Part shown: positions 12,401-28,929 of the stretch, in pieces
Position numbering within the stretch: the first letter of the stretch is position 1
Layout of the letters: each line of letters starts with the position of its first letter
Origin: Eledone cirrhosa
Taxonomy: Eukaryota
NCBI GenBank assembly: GCA_964016885.1
Contig: OZ024742.1
Coordinates: 366,172,001 to 366,236,000, forward strand
Length of the DNA: 64,000 nt
Direction of reading: 5' to 3'
The notes under the pieces: generated by a model
Told to the model about the DNA's origin: nothing
Databases searched by the model: none
What the model saw: the letters and a program-made list of their open reading frames with translations, nothing else
Program-made: the position numbers and the translations under genes

Positions 12401-15400
12401 GTTCCCCTTATTTAGTGTCTGTTATGCCACTATATTGTAGATATATCTCATAGTTCCCCCTATTTAGTGTCTCTTATGTCACTATATTGTAGATCTATCT
12501 TATAGTTCCCCTTATTTATTGTCTGTTGTGTCACTATATTGTAGATATATCTTATAGTTCTCCTTATTAAGTGTCTACAGTGTCACTATATTGAAGATAT
12601 ATCTTATAGTTCCCCTTATTTAGTGTCTGCTGTGTCACTGTATTGTAGATCTATCTTATAGTTCCCCTTATTTAGTGTCTGTTGTATCACTGTATTGTAG
12701 ATATATCTTATAGTTCCCCTTATTTAGTGTCTGTTGTGTCACTCTATTGTAGATATATCTCATAGTTCTCCTTATTTAGTGTCTGTTGTGTCAATATATT
12801 ATAGATATATCTTATAGTTCCCCTTATTTAGTGTCTGTTATGTCACTGTATTGTAGATCTATCTTATAGTTCCCCTTATTTAGTGTCTGTTGTATCACTG
12901 TATTGTAGATATATCTTATAGTTCCCCTTATTTAGTGTCTGTTGTGTCACTGTATTGTAGATATATCTCATAGTTCTCCTTATTTAGTGTCTGTTGTGTC
13001 ACTATATTGGAGATCTATCGTATAGTTCCCCATATTTAGTGTCTGTTATGTGACTATATTATAGATATATCTTATAGTTCCCCTTATTTATTGTCTGTTA
13101 TGTCACTGTATTGTAGATATATCTTATAGTTCCCCTTATATAGTGTCTGTTGTGTCACTATATTGTAGATATATCGTGTAGTCCCCTTATTTAGTGTCTG
13201 TTGTGTCACTATATTATAGATATATCTTATAGTTCACCTTATTTAGTGTTTGTCATGTCACTATATTGTAGATATATCTTATAGTTCTCCTTATTTAGTG
13301 TCTGTTGTGTCACTGTATTGTAGATATATCTTATAGTTCCCATTATTTAGTGTCTGTTATGTCACTATATTGTAGATCTATCTTATAGTTCCCCTTATTT
13401 AGTGTCTGTTGTGTCACTGTATTGTAGATCTATCTCATAGTTCCCCTTATTTAGTATCTGTTGTGTCACTGTATTGTAGATCTATCTTATAGTTCCCCTT
13501 ATTTAGTGTCTGTTATGTCACTGTATTGTAGATCTATCTTATAGTTCCCCTTATTTACTGTTTGTTGTGCCACTATATTATAGATATATCTTACAGTTCC
13601 CCTTATTTAGTGTCTGTTATGTCACTGTATTGTAGATCTATCTCATAGTTCCCCTTATTTAGTGTCTGTTGTGCCACTATATTATAGATATATCTTACAG
13701 TTCCCCTTATTTAGTGTCTGTTATGTCACTGTAATGTAGATATATCTTATAGTTCCCCTTATTAAGTGTCTGTTGTGTCACTATCTTATAGATATATCTT
13801 ATAGTTCCCCTTATTTAGTGTCTGTTTTGTCACTGTATTGTAGATCTATCTTATAGTTCCCCCTATTTAGTGTCTGTTGTGTCATTGTATTATAGATATA
13901 ACTTATAATTCCCCTTATTTATTGTCTGTTATGTCACTGTATTGTAGATATATCTTATAGTTTCCCTTATATAGTGTCTGTTGTGTCACTATATTGTAGA
14001 TATATCGTGTATTCCCCTTATTTAGTGTCTGTTGTGTCACTATATTATAGATATATCTTATAGTTCACCTTATTTACTGTTTGTCATGTCACTATATTGT
14101 AGATATATCTTATAGTTCTCCTGATTTAGTGTCTGTTGTGTCACTGTATTGTAGATATATCTTATAGTTCCCCTTATTTTGTGTCTGTTGTGTCACTATA
14201 TTGTAGATATATCTTATAGTTCCCCTTATTTAGTGTCATATATGTCACTATATTGTAGATATATCTTATAGTTCCCCTTATTTAGTGTCTGTTATGTCAC
14301 TGTATTGTAGATCTATCTTATAGTTCCCCTTATTTAGTGTATGTTGTGTCACTGTATTGTAAATCTATCTTATAGTTCCTCTTATTTAGTGTCTGTTGTA
14401 TCACTGTATTGTAGATATATCTTATAGTTCCCCTTATTTAGTGTCTGTTGTGTCACTGTATTGTAGATCTATCTTATTGTGCCCCTTTTTTAGTGTCTGT
14501 TGTGTCACTGTATTATAGATATGACTTATAGTTCCCCTTATGTATTGTCTGTTGTGTCACTATATTGTAGATACATCGTGTAGTCCCCTTATTTAGTGTC
14601 TGTTGTGTCACTATATTATAGATATATCTTATAGTTCACCTTATTTAGTGTTTGTCATGTCACTATATTGTAGATATATCTTATAGTTCTCCTTATTTAG
14701 TGTCTGTTGTGTCACCGTATTGTAGATATATCTTATAGTTCCCCTTATTTAGTGTCTGTTGTGTCACTATATTGTAGATATATCTTATAGTTCCCCTTAT
14801 TTAGTGTCATATATGTCACTATATTGTAGATATATCTTATAGTTCCCCTTATTCAGTGTCTGTTATGTCACTGTATTGTAGATATATCTTATAGTTCCCC
14901 TTATTTAGTGTCTGTTATGTCACTATATTGTAGATATATCTTATAGTTCCCCTTATTTAGTGTCTGTTATGTCACTGTATTGTAGATCTATCTTATAGTT
15001 CCCCTTATTCAGTGTCTGTTGTATCACTGTATTGTAGATATATCTTATAGTTCCACTTATTTAGTGCATGTTTTGTCACTGTATTGTAGATCTAACTTAT
15101 AGTTCCCCCTATTTAGTGTCTGTTGTGTCATTGTATTATAGATATAACTTATAGTTCCCCTTATTTATTGTCTGTTATATCACTGTATTGTAGATATATC
15201 TTATAGTCCCCCATATATAGTGTCTGTTGTGTCACTATATTGTAGATATATCGTGTATTCCCCTTATTTAGTGTCTGTTGTGTCACTATATTATAGATAT
15301 ATCTTATAGTTCACCTTATTTACTGTTTGTCATGTCACTATATTGTAGATATATCTTATAGTTCTCCTGATTTAGTGTCTGTTGTGTCACTGTATTGTAG

Positions 15401-18400
15401 ATATATCTTATAGTTCCCCTTATTTAGTGTCTGTTGTGTCACTATATTGTAGATATATCTTATAGTTCCCCTTATTTAGTGTCATATATGTCACTATATT
15501 GTAGATATATCTTATAGTTCCCCTTATTTAGTGTCTGTTATGTCACTGTATTGTAGATCTATCTTATAGTTCCCCTCATTTAGTGTCAGTTGTGTCACTG
15601 TATTGTAAATCTATCTTATAGTTCCTCTTATTTAGTGTCTGTTGTATCACTGTATTGTAGATATATCTTATAGTTCCCCTTATTTAGTGTCTGTTGTGTC
15701 ACTGTATTGTATATCTATCTTATAGTGCCCCTTTTTTAGTGTCTGTTGTGTCACTGTATTATAGATATAACTTATAGTTCCCCTTATGTATTGTCTGTTT
15801 TGTCACTATATTGTAGATACATCGTGTAGTCCCCTTATTTAGTGTCTGTCGTGTCACCATATTATAGATATATCTTATAGTTCACCTTATTTAGTGTTTG
15901 TCATGTCACTATATTGTAGATATATCTTATAGTTCTCCTTATTTAGTGTCTGTTGTGTCACTGTATTGTAGATATATCTTATAGTTCCTCTTATTTAGTG
16001 TCTGTTGTGTCACTGTATTGTAGATCTATCTTATAGTTCCCCTTATTTAGTGTCTGTTGTGTCACTGTATGGTAGATATATCTTATAGTTCCCCTTATTT
16101 AGTGTCTGTTATTTCACTGTATGGTAGATATATCTTATAGTTCCCCTTATTTAGTGTCTGTTGTCTCACTGTATTGTAGATATATCTTATAGTTCCCCTT
16201 ATATAGTGTCTGTTGTGTCACTATATTGTAGATATATCGTGTATTCCCCTTATTTAGTGTCTGTTGTGTCACTATATTATAGATATATCTTATAGTTCAC
16301 CTTATTTTCTGTTTGTCATGTCACTATATTGTAGATATATCTTATAGTTCTCCTGATTTAGTGTCTGTTGTGTCACTGTATTGTAGATATATCTTATAGT
16401 TCCCCTTATTTAGTGTCTGTTGTGTCACTACATTGTAGATATATCTTATAGTTCCCCTTATTTAGTGTCATATATGTCACTATATTGTAGATATATCTTA
16501 TAGTTCCCCTTATTTAGTGTCTGTTATGTCACTGTATTGTAGATCTATCTTATAGTTCCCCTTATTTAGTGTCTGTTGTGTCACTGTATTGTAAATCTAT
16601 CTTATAGTTCCTCTTATTTAGTGTCTGTTGCGTCACTGTATTGTAGATCTATCTTATAGTGCCCCTTTTTTAGTGTCTGTTGTGTCACTGTATTATAGAT
16701 ATAACTTATAGTTCCCCTTATGTATTGTCTGTTGTGTCACTATATTGTAGATACATCGTGTAGTCCCCTTATTTAGTGTCTGTTGTGTCACTATATTATA
16801 GATATATCTTATAGTTCACCTTATTTAGTGTTTGTCATGTCACTATATTGTAGATATATCTTATAGTTCTCCTTATTTAGTGTCTGTTGTGTCACCGTAT
16901 TGTAGATATATTTTATAGTTCCCCTTATTTAGTGTCTGTTGTGTCACTATATTGTAGATATATCTTATAGTTCCCCTTATTTAGTGTCATATATGTCACT
17001 ATATTGTAGATATATCTTATAGTTCCCCTTATTCAGTGTCTGTTGTATCACTGTATTGTAGATATATCTTATAGTTCCCCTTATTTAGTGTATGTTTTGT
17101 CACTGTATTGTAGATCTAACTTATAGTTCCCCCTATTTAGTGTCTGTTGTGTCATTGTATTATAGATATAACTTATAGTTCCCCTTATTTATTGACTGTT
17201 ATGTCACTGTATTGTAGATATATCTTATAGTCCCCCTTATATAGTGTCTGTTGTGTCACTATATTGTAGATACATCGTGTAGTCCCCTTATTTAGTGTCT
17301 GTTGTGTCACTATATTATAGATATATCTTATAGTTCACCTTATTTACTGTTTGTCATGTCACTATATCGTAGATATATCTTATAGTTCTCCTGATTTAGT
17401 GTCTGTTGTGTCACTGTATTGTAGATATATCTTATAGTTCCCCTTATTTAGTGTCTGTTGTGTCACTATATTGTAGATATATCTTATAGTTCCCCTTATT
17501 TAGTGTCATATATGTCACTATATTGTAGATATATCTTATAGTTCCCCTTATTCAGTGTCTGTTATGTCACTGTATTGTAGATATATCTTATAGTTCTCCT
17601 TATTTAGTGTCTGTTGTGTCACTGTATTGTAGATATATCTTATAGTTCCCATTATTTAGTGTCTGTTATGTCACTATATTGTAGATCTATCTTATAGTTC
17701 CCCTTATTTAGTGTCTGTTATGTCATTGTATTGTAGATCTATCTTATAGTTCCCCTTATTTAGTGTCTGTTGTGCCACTATATTATAGATATATCTTACA
17801 GTTCCCCTTATTTAGTGTCCTTTATGTCACTGTATTGTAGATATATCTTATAGTTCCTCTTATATAGTGTCTATTGTGTCACTATATTGTAAATATACCT
17901 TATAGTTCCCTTAATTAGTGTCTGTTATGTCACTGTATTGTCGATATATCTCATAGTTCCCCTTATTTAGTGTTTGTTATGTCACTGTATTGTAGATATA
18001 TCTTATAGTTCTCCTTATTTAGAGTCTGTTGTGTCACTGTATTGTAGATATATCTTATAGTTCCCCTTATTTAGTCTGTTGTGTCACTATATTGTAGATA
18101 TATCTTATAGTTCCCCTTATTTAGTTTAAAAAATGTCACTCTATTGTAGATATATCTTATAGTTCCCCTTATTTAGTGTTTGTTATGTCACTGTATTGTA
18201 GATATACCTTATAGTGCCCCTTATTTAGTGTCTGTTGTGTCACTATATTGTAGATATATCCTATAGTTCCCCTTATTTAGTGTCTGTTATGTCACTGTAT
18301 TGTAGATATATCTTATAGTTCCCCTTATTTAGTGTCTGTTATGCCACTATATTGTAGATCTATCTCATAGTTCCCCCTATTTAGTGTCTCTTATGTCACT

Positions 18401-21400
18401 ATATTGTAGATCTATCTTATAGTTCCCCTTATTTATTGTCTGTTGTGTCACTATATTGTAGATATATCTTATAGTTCTCCTTATTAAGTGTCTACAGTGT
18501 CACTATATTGAAGATATATCTTATAGTTCCCCTTATTTAGTGTCTGCTGTGTCACTGTATTGTAGATCTATCTTATAGTTCCCCTTATTTAGTGTCTGTT
18601 GTATCACTGTATTGTAGATATATCTTATAGTTCCCCTTATTTAGTGTCTGTTGTGTCACTCTATTGTAGATATATCTCATAGTTCTCCTTATTTAGTGTC
18701 TGTTGTGTCAATATATTATAGATATATCTTATAGTTCCCCTTATTTAGTGTCTGTTATGTCACTGTATTGTAGATCTATCTTATAGTTCCCCTTATTTAG
18801 TGTCTGTTGTATCACTGTATTGTAGATATATCTTATAGTTCCCCTTATTTAGTGTCTGTTGTGTCACTGTATTGTAGATATATCTCATAGTTCTCCTTAT
18901 TTAGTGTCTGTTGTGTCACTATATTGGAGATCTATCGTATAGTTCCCCATATTTAGTGTCTGTTATGTGACTATATTATAGATATATCTTATAGTTCCCC
19001 TTATTTATTGTCTGTTATGTCACTGTATTGTAGATATATCTTATAGTTCCCCTTATATAGTGTCTGTTGTGTCACTATATTGTAGATATATCGTGTAGTC
19101 CCCTTATTTAGTGTCTGTTGTGTCACTATATTATAGATATATCTTATAGTTCACCTTATTTAGTGTTTGTCATGTCACTATATTGTAGATATATCTTATA
19201 GTTCTCCTTATTTAGTGTCTGTTGTGTCACTGTATTGTAGATATATCTTATAGTTCCCATTATTTAGTGTCTGTTATGTCACTATATTGTAGATCTATCT
19301 TATAGTTCCCCTTATTTAGTGTCTGTTGTGTCACTGTATTGTAGATCTATCTCATAGTTCCCCTTATTTAGTATCTGTTGTGTCACTGTATTGTAGATCT
19401 ATCTTATAGTTCCCCTTATTTAGTGTCTGTTATGTCACTGTATTGTAGATCTATCTTATAGTTCCCCTTATTTAGTGTTTGTTGTGCCACTATATTATAG
19501 ATATATCTTACAGTTCCCCTTATTTAGTGTCTGTTATGTCACTGTATTGTAGATCTATCTCATAGTTCCCCTTATTTAGTGTCTGTTGTGCCACTATATT
19601 ATAGATATATCTTACAGTTCCCCTTATTTAGTGTCTGTTATGTCACTGTAATGTAGATATATCTTATAGTTCCCCTTATTAAGTGTCTGTTGTGTCACTA
19701 TCTTATAGATATATCTTATAGTTCCCCTTATTTAGTGTCTGTTTTGTCACTGTATTGTAGATCTATCTTATAGTTCCCCCTATTTAGTGTCTGTTGTGTC
19801 ATTGTATTATAGATATAACTTATAATTCCCCTTATTTATTGTCTGTTATGTCACTGTATTGTAGATATATCTTATAGTTTCCCTTATATAGTGTCTGTTG
19901 TGTCACTATATTGTAGATATATCGTGTATTCCCCTTATTTAGTGTCTGTTGTGTCACTATATTATAGATATATCTTATAGTTCACCTTATTTACTGTTTG
20001 TCATGTCACTATATTGTAGATATATCTTATAGTTCTCCTGATTTAGTGTCTGTTGTGTCACTGTATTGTAGATATATCTTATAGTTCCCCTTATTTTGTG
20101 TCATATATGTCACTATATTGTAGATATATCTTATAGTTCCCCTTACTTAGTGTCTGTTATGTCACTGTATTGTAGATCTATCTTATAGTTCCCCTTATTT
20201 AGTGTATGTTGTGTCACTGTATTGTAAATCTATCTTATAGTTCCTCTTATTTAGTGTCTGTTGTATCACTGTATTGTAGATATATCTTATAGTTCCCCTT
20301 ATTTAGTGTCTGTTGTGTCACTGTATTGTAGATCTATCTTATTGTGCCCCTTTTTTAGTGTCTGTTGTGTCACTGTATTATAGATATGACTTATAGTTCC
20401 CCTTATGTATTGTCTGTTGTGTCACTATATTGTAGATACATCGTGTAGTCCCCTTATTTAGTGTCTGTTGTGTCACTATATTATAGATATATCTTATAGT
20501 TCACCTTATTTAGTGTTTGTCATGTCACTATATTGTAGATATATCTTATAGTTCTCCTTATTTAGTGTCTGTTGTGTCACCGTATTGTAGATATATCTTA
20601 TAGTTCCCCTTATTTAGTGTCTGTTGTGTCACTATATTGTAGATATATCTTATAGTTCCCCTTATTTAGTGTCATATATGTCACTATATTGTAGATATAT
20701 CTTATAGTTCCCCTTATTCAGTGTCTGTTATGTCACTGTATTGTAGATATATCTTATAGTTCCCCTTATTTAGTGTCTGTTATGTCACTATATTGTAGAT
20801 ATATCTTATAGTTCCCCTTATTTAGTGTCTGTTATGTCACTGTATTGTAGATCTATCTTATAGTTCCCCTTATTCAGTGTCTGTTGTATCACTGTATTGT
20901 AGATATATCTTATAGTTCCCCTTATTTAGTGCATGTTTTGTCACTGTATTGTAGATCTAACTTATAGTTCCCCCTATTTAGTGTCTGTTGTGTCATTGTA
21001 TTATAGATATAACTTATAGTTCCCCTTATTTATTGTCTGTTATATCACTGTATTGTAGATATATCTTATAGTCCCCCATATATAGTGTCTGTTGTGTCAC
21101 TATATTGTAGATATATCGTGTATTCCCCTTATTTAGTGTCTGTTGTGTCACTATATTATAGATATATCTTATAGTTCACCTTATTTACTGTTTGTCATGT
21201 CACTATATTGTAGATATATCTTATAGTTCTCCTGATTTAGTGTCTGTTGTGTCACTGTATTGTAGATATATCTTATAGTTCCCCTTATTTAGTGTCTGTT
21301 GTGTCACTATATTGTAGATATATCTTATAGTTCCCCTTATTTAGTGTCATATATGTCACTATATTGTAGATATATCTTATAGTTCCCCTTATTTAGTGTC

Positions 21401-24400
21401 TGTTATGTCACTGTATTGTAGATCTATCTTATAGTTCCCCTCATTTAGTGTCAGTTGTGTCACTGTATTGTAAATCTATCTTATAGTTCCTCTTATTTAG
21501 TGTCTGTTGTATCACTGTATTGTAGATATATCTTATAGTTCCCCTTATTTAGTGTCTGTTGTGTCACTGTATTGTATATCTATCTTATAGTGCCCCTTTT
21601 TTAGTGTCTGTTGTGTCACTGTATTATAGATATAACTTATAGTTCCCCTTATGTATTGTCTGTTTTGTCACTATATTGTAGATACATCGTGTAGTCCCCT
21701 TATTTAGTGTCTGTCGTGTCACCATATTATAGATATATCTTATAGTTCACCTTATTTAGTGTTTGTCATGTCACTATATTGTAGATATATCTTATAGTTC
21801 TCCTTATTTAGTGTCTGTTGTGTCACTGTATTGTAGATATATCTTATAGTTCCTCTTATTTAGTGTCTGTTGTGTCACTGTATTGTAGATCTATCTTATA
21901 GTTCCCCTTATTTAGTGTCTGTTGTGTCACTGTATGGTAGATATATCTTATAGTTCCCCTTATTTAGTGTCTGTTATTTCACTGTATGGTAGATATATCT
22001 TATAGTTCCCCTTATTTAGTGTCTGTTGTCTCACTGTATGGTAGATATATCTTATAGTTCCCCTTATTTAGTGTCTGTTATTTCACTGTATTGTAGATAT
22101 ATCTTATAGTTCATCTTATTTAGTGTCTGTTTTGTCACTATATTGTAGATCTATCTTATAGTTCCCCTTATTTAGTGTCTGTTTTGTCACTATATTGTAG
22201 ATCTATCTTATAGTTCCCCTTATTTAGTGTCTGTTGTGTCACTGTATGGTAGATATATCTTATAGTTCCCCTTATTTAGTGTCTGTTATTTCACTATATT
22301 GTAGATATATCTTATAGTTCCCCTTATTTAGTGTCTGTTTTGTCACTATATTGTAGATCTATCTTATAGTTCCCCTTATTTAGTGTCTGTTTTGTCACTA
22401 TATTGTAGATTTATCTTATAGTTCATCTTATTTAGTGTCTGTTGTGTCACTGTATTGTAGATATATCTTATAGTTCCCCTCATTTAGTGTCTGTTGTGTC
22501 ACTGTATTGTAGATCTATCTTATAGTTCTCCTTATTTAGTGTCTGTTATGTCACTATATTGTAGATCTATCTTATAGTTCCCCTTATTTAGTGTCTGTTT
22601 TGTCACTATATTGTAGATCTATCTTATAGTTCCCCTTATTTAGTGTCTGTTGTGTCACTGTATGGTAGATATATCTTATAGTTCCCCTTATTTAGTGTCT
22701 GTTGTTTAACTATGTTATAGATATATCTTATAGTTCCCCTTATTTAGTGTCTGTTATGTCACTGTATTGTAGATCTATCTTATAGTTCCCCTTATTTAGT
22801 GTCTGTTGTTTCACTATATTATAGATATATCTTATAGTTCCCCTTATTTAGTGTCTGTCATGTCACTTTATTGAAGATATATCTTATAGTTCCCCTTATT
22901 TAGTGTCTGTTGTGTCACTGTATTGTAGATATATCTCATAGTTCTCCTTATTTAGTGTCTGTTGTGTCACTATATTGGAGATCTATCGTATAGTTCCCCT
23001 TATTTAGTGTCTGTTATGTCACTATATTGTAGATATATCTTATAGTTCCCCTTACTTATTGTCTGTTATGTCACTGTATTGTAGATATATCTCATAGTTC
23101 CCCTTATATAGTGTCTGTTGTGTCACTATATTGTAGATATATCGTGTAGTCCCCTTATTTAGTGTCTGTTGTGTCACTATATTATAGATATATCTTATAG
23201 TTCACCTTATTTAGTGTTTGTCATGTCACTATATTGTAGATATATCTTATAGTTCTCCTTATTTAGTGTCTGTTGTGTCACTGTATTGTAGATATATCTG
23301 ATAGTTCCCATTATTTAGTGTCTGTTATGTCACTATATTGTAGATCTATCTTATAGTTCCCCTTATTTAGTGTCTGTTGTGTCACTGTATTGTAGATCTA
23401 TCTCATGGTCCCCTTATTTAGTATCTGTTGTGTCACTGTATTGTAGATCTATCTTATAGTTCCCCTTATTTAGTGTCTGTTATGTCACTCTATTGTAGAT
23501 CTATCTTATAGTTCCCCTTATTTAGTGTTTGTTGTGTCACTATATTATAGATATATCTTACAGTTCCCCTTATTTAGTGTCTGTTATGTCACTGTATTGT
23601 AGATCTATCTCATAGTTCCCCTTATTTAGTGTCTGTTGTGCCACTATATTATAGATATATCTTACAGTTCCCCTTATTTAGTGTCTGTTATGTCACTGTA
23701 ATGTAGATATATCTTATAGTTCCCCTTATTAAGTGTCTGTTGTGTCACTATCTTATAGATTTATCTTATAGTTCCCCTTATTTAGTGTCTGTTTTGTCAC
23801 TGTATTGTAGATCTATCTTATAGTTCCCCCTATTTAGTGTCTGTTGTGTCATTGTATTATAGATATAACTTATAGTTCCCCTTATTCATTGTCTGTTATG
23901 TCACTGTATTGTAGATATATCTTATAGTTCCCCTTATATAGTGTCTGTTGTGTCACTATATTGTAGATATATCGTGTATTCCCCTTATTTAGTGTCTGTT
24001 GTGTCACTATATTATAGATATATCTTATAGTTCACCTTATTTTCTGTTTGTCATGTCACTATATTGTAGATATATCTTATAGTTCTCCTGATTTAGTGTC
24101 TGTTGTGTCACTGTATTGTAGATATATCTTATAGTTCCCCTTATTTAGTGTCTGTTGTGTCACTACATTGTAGATATATCTTATAGTTCCCCTTATTTAG
24201 TGTCATATATGTCACTATATTGTAGATATATCTTATAGTTCCCCTTATTTAGTGTCTGTTATGTCACTGTATTGTAGATCTATCTTATAGTTCCCCTTAT
24301 TTAGTGTCTGTTGTGTCACTGTATTGTAAATCTATCTTATAGTTCCTCTTATTTAGTGTCTGTTGCGTCACTGTATTGTAGATCTATCTTATAGTGCCCC

Positions 24401-27400
24401 TTTTTTAGTGTCTGTTGTGTCACTGTATTATAGATATAACTTATAGTTCCCCTTATGTATTGTCTGTTGTGTCACTATATTGTAGATACATCGTGTAGTC
24501 CCCTTATTTAGTGTCTGTTGTGTCACTATATTATAGATATATCTTATAGTTCACCTTATTTAGTGTTTTTCATGTCACTATATTGTAGATATATCTTATA
24601 GTTCTCCTTATTTAGTGTCTGTTGTGTCACCGTATTGTAGATATATTTTATAGTTCCCCTTATTTAATGTCTGTTGTGTCACTATATTGTAGATATATCT
24701 TATAGTTCCCCTTATTTAGTGTCATATATGTCACTATATTGTAGATATATCTTATAGTTCCCCTTATTCAGTGTCTGTTGTATCACTGTATTGTAGATAT
24801 ATCTTATAGTTCCCCTTATTTAGTGTATGTTTTATCACTGTATTGTAGATCTAACTTATAGTTCCCCCTATTTAGTGTCTGTTGTGTCATTGTATTATAG
24901 ATATAACTTATAGTTCCCCTTATTTATTGACTGTTATGTCACTGTATTGTAGATATATCTTATAGTCCCCCTTATATAGTGTCTGTTGTGTCACTATATT
25001 GTAGATACATCGTGTAGTCCCCTTATTTAGTGTCTGTTGTGTCACTATATTATAGATATATCTTATAGTTCACCTTATTTACTGTTTGTCATGTCACTAT
25101 ATCGTAGATATATCTTATAGTTCTCCTGATTTAGTGTCTGTTGTGTCACTGTATTGTAGATATATCTTATAGTTCCCCTTATTTAGTGTCTGTTGTGTCA
25201 CTATATTGTAGATATATCTTATAGTTCCCCTTATTTAGTGTCATATATGTCACTATATTGTAGATATATCTTATAGTTCCCCTTATTTAGTGTCTGTTAT
25301 GTCACTGTATTGTAGATCTATCTTATAGTTCCCCTTATTTAGTGTCTGTTGTGTCACTGTATTGTAAATCTATCTTATAGTTCCTCTTATTTAGTGTCTG
25401 TTGTATCACTGTATTGTAGATATATCTTATAGTTCCCCTTATTTAGTGTCTGTTGTGTCACTGTATTGTATATCTATCTTATAGCGCCCATTTTTTAGTG
25501 TCTGTTGTGTCACTGTATTATAGATATAACTTATAGTTCCCCTTATGTATTGTCTGTTGTGTCACTATATTGTAGATACATCGTGTAGTCCCCTTATTTA
25601 GTGTCTGTCGTGTCACTATATTATAGATATATCTTATAGTTCACCTTATCTAGTGTTTGTCATGTCACTATATTGTAGATATATCTTATAGTTCTCCTTA
25701 CTTAGTGTCTGTTGTGTCACTGTATTGTAGATATATCTTATAGTTCCCCTTATTTAGTGTCTGTTGTGTCACTATATTGTAGATATATCTTATAGTTCCC
25801 CTTATTTAGTGTTTGTTATGTCACTGTATTGTAGATATACCTTATAGTGCCCCTTATTTAGTGTCTGTTATGTCACTATATTGTAGATATATCTTATAGT
25901 TCCCCTTATTTAGTATCTATTATGTCACTGTATTGTAGATATATCTTATAGTTCCCCTTATTTAGTGTCTGTTATGCCACTATATTGTAGATCTATCTTA
26001 TAGTTCCCCCTATTTAGTGTCTCTTATGTCACTATATTGTAGATCTATCTTATAGTTCCCCTTATTTAGTGTCTGTTGTGTCACTATATTGTAGATATAT
26101 CTTATAGTCCCCTTATTTAGTGTCTTGTGTCACTATATTGTAGATATATCTTATAGTTCGCCTTATTTAGTGTCTGTTGTGTCACTGTATTGTATATATA
26201 TCTCATAGTTCCCCTTATTTAGTTCCTGTTGTGTCACTATATTATAGATATATCTTATAGCTCCCCTTATTTAGTGTCTGTTGTGTCACTCTATTGTAGA
26301 TATATCTTATAGTTCCCCTTATTTAGTGTCTGTTATGTCACTGTATTGTAGATCTATCTTATTGTTCCCTTATTTAGTGTCTGTTATGTCGCTATATTGT
26401 AGATATATCTTATAGTTCCCCTTATTTAGTGTCTGTTATGTCACTGTATTGTAGATCTATCTTATAGTTCCCCTTATTTAGTGTCTGTTATGTCACTGTA
26501 TTGTAGATCTATCTTATAGTTGCCCTTATTTAGTGTCTGTTATGTCACTGTATTGTAGATATATCTTATAGTTCCCCTTATTTAGTGTCTGTTGTGTCAT
26601 TATATTGTAGATATATCTTATAGTTGCCCTTATTTAGTCTCTGTTATGTCACTATATTGTAGATATATCTCATAGTTCTCCTTATTTAGTGTCTGTTGTG
26701 TCACTATATTGTAGATCTATCTTATAGTTGCCCTTATTTAGTGTCTGTTATGTCACTATATTGTAGATATATCTTATAGTTCCCCTTATTTAGTGTCCAA
26801 TGTGTCACTATATTGTAGATATATCTTATAGTTTCCCTTATGTAGTGTCCGTTGTGTCACTATATTGTAGATATATCTTATAGTTGCCCTTAGTTAGTAT
26901 CTGCTGTGTCACTATATTGTAGATATATCTTATAGTTCTCCTTATTAAGTGTCTACAGTGTCACTATATTGAAGATATATCTTATAGTTCCCCTTATTTA
27001 GTGCCTGCTGTGTCACTATATTGTAGATCTATCTTATAGTTCCCCTTATTTAGTATCGGTTGTTTCACTATATTGTAGATATATCTTATTGTTCTCCTTA
27101 TTTAGTGTCTGTTATGTCACTGTATTGTAGATATATCTTATGGTTGCCCTTATTTAGTGTCTGTTATGTCACTGTATTGTAGATATATCTTATAGTTCCC
27201 CTTATTTAGTGTCATATATGTCACTATATTGTAGATATTTCTTATAGTTCCCCTTATTTAGTGTCTGTTATGTCACTATATTGTAGATATATCTTCTAGT
27301 TCCCCTTATTTAGTGTCTGTTATGTCACTATATTGTAGATATTTCTTATAGTTCCCCTTATTTAGTGTCTATTATGTCACTATATTGTAGATCTATTTTA

Positions 27401-28929
27401 TAGTTCCACTTATTTAGTGTGTGTTATGACACTATATTGTAGATATATCTAATAGTTCCCCTTATTTAGTGTCTGTTATGTCACTATATTGTAGATATAT
27501 CTTATAGTTCTCCTTATTTAGTGTCTGTTGTGTCACTGTATTGTAGATATATCTTATAGTTCCCATTATTTAGTGTCTGTTATGTCACTATATTGTAGAT
27601 CTATCTTATAGTTCCCCTTATTTAGTGTCTGTTATGTCATTGTATTGTAGATCTATCTTATAGTTCCCCTTATTTAGTGTCTGTTGTGCCACTATATTAT
27701 AGATATATCTTACAGTTCCCCTTATTTAGTGTCTGTTATGTCACTGTATTGTAGATATATCTTATAGTTCCTCTTATATAGTGTCTATTGTGTCACTATA
27801 TTGTAAATATACCTTATAGTTCCCTTAATTAGTGTCTGTTATGTCACTGTATTGTCGATATATCTCATAGTTCCCCTTATTTAGTGTTTGTTATGTCACT
27901 GTATTGTAGATATATCTTATAGTTCTCCTTATTTAGAGTCTGTTATGTCACTGTATTGTAGATATATCTTATAGTTCCCCTTATTTAGTCTGTTGTGTCA
28001 CTATATTGTAGATATATCTTATAGTTCCCCTTATTTAGTTTAAAAAATGTCACTCTATTGTAGATATATCTTATAGTTCCCCTTATTTAGTGTTTGTTAT
28101 GTCACTGTATTGTAGATATACCTTATAGTGCCCCTTATTTAGTGTCTGTTATGTCACTATATTGTAGATATATCCTATAGTTCCCCTTATTTAGTGTCTG
28201 TTATGTCACTGTGTTGTAGATATATCTCATAGTTCCCCTTATTTAGTGTCTGTTATGCCACTATATTGTAGATCTATCTCATAGTTCCCCCTATTTAGTG
28301 TCTCTTATGTCACTATATTGTAGATCTATATTATAGTTCCCCTTATTTATTGTCTGTTGTGTCACTATATTGTAGATATATCTTATAGTTCTCCTTATTA
28401 AGTGTCTACAGTGTCACTATATTGAAGATATATCTTATAGTTCCCCTTATTTAGTGTCTGCTGTGTCACTGTATTGTAGATCTATCTTATAGTTCCCCTT
28501 ATTTAGTGTCTGTTGTATCACTGTATTGTAGATATATCTTATAGTTCCCCTTATTTAGTGTCTGTTGTGTCACTGTATTGTAGATATATCTCATAGTTCT
28601 CCTTATTTAGTGTCTGTTGTGTCACTATATTATAGATATATCTTATAGTTCCCCTTATTTAGTGTCTGTTATGTCACTGTATTGTAGATCTATCTTATAG
28701 TTCCCCTTATTTAGTGTCTGTTGTATCACTGTATTGTAGATATATCTTATAGTTCCCCTTATTTAGTGTCTGTTGTGTCACTGTATTGTAGATATATCTC
28801 ATAGTTCTCCTTATTTAGTGTCTGTTGTGTCACTATATTGGAGATCTATCGTATAGTTCCCCTTATTTAGTGTCTGTTATGTGACTATATTGTAGATATA
28901 TCTTATAGTTCCCCTTATTTATTGTCTGT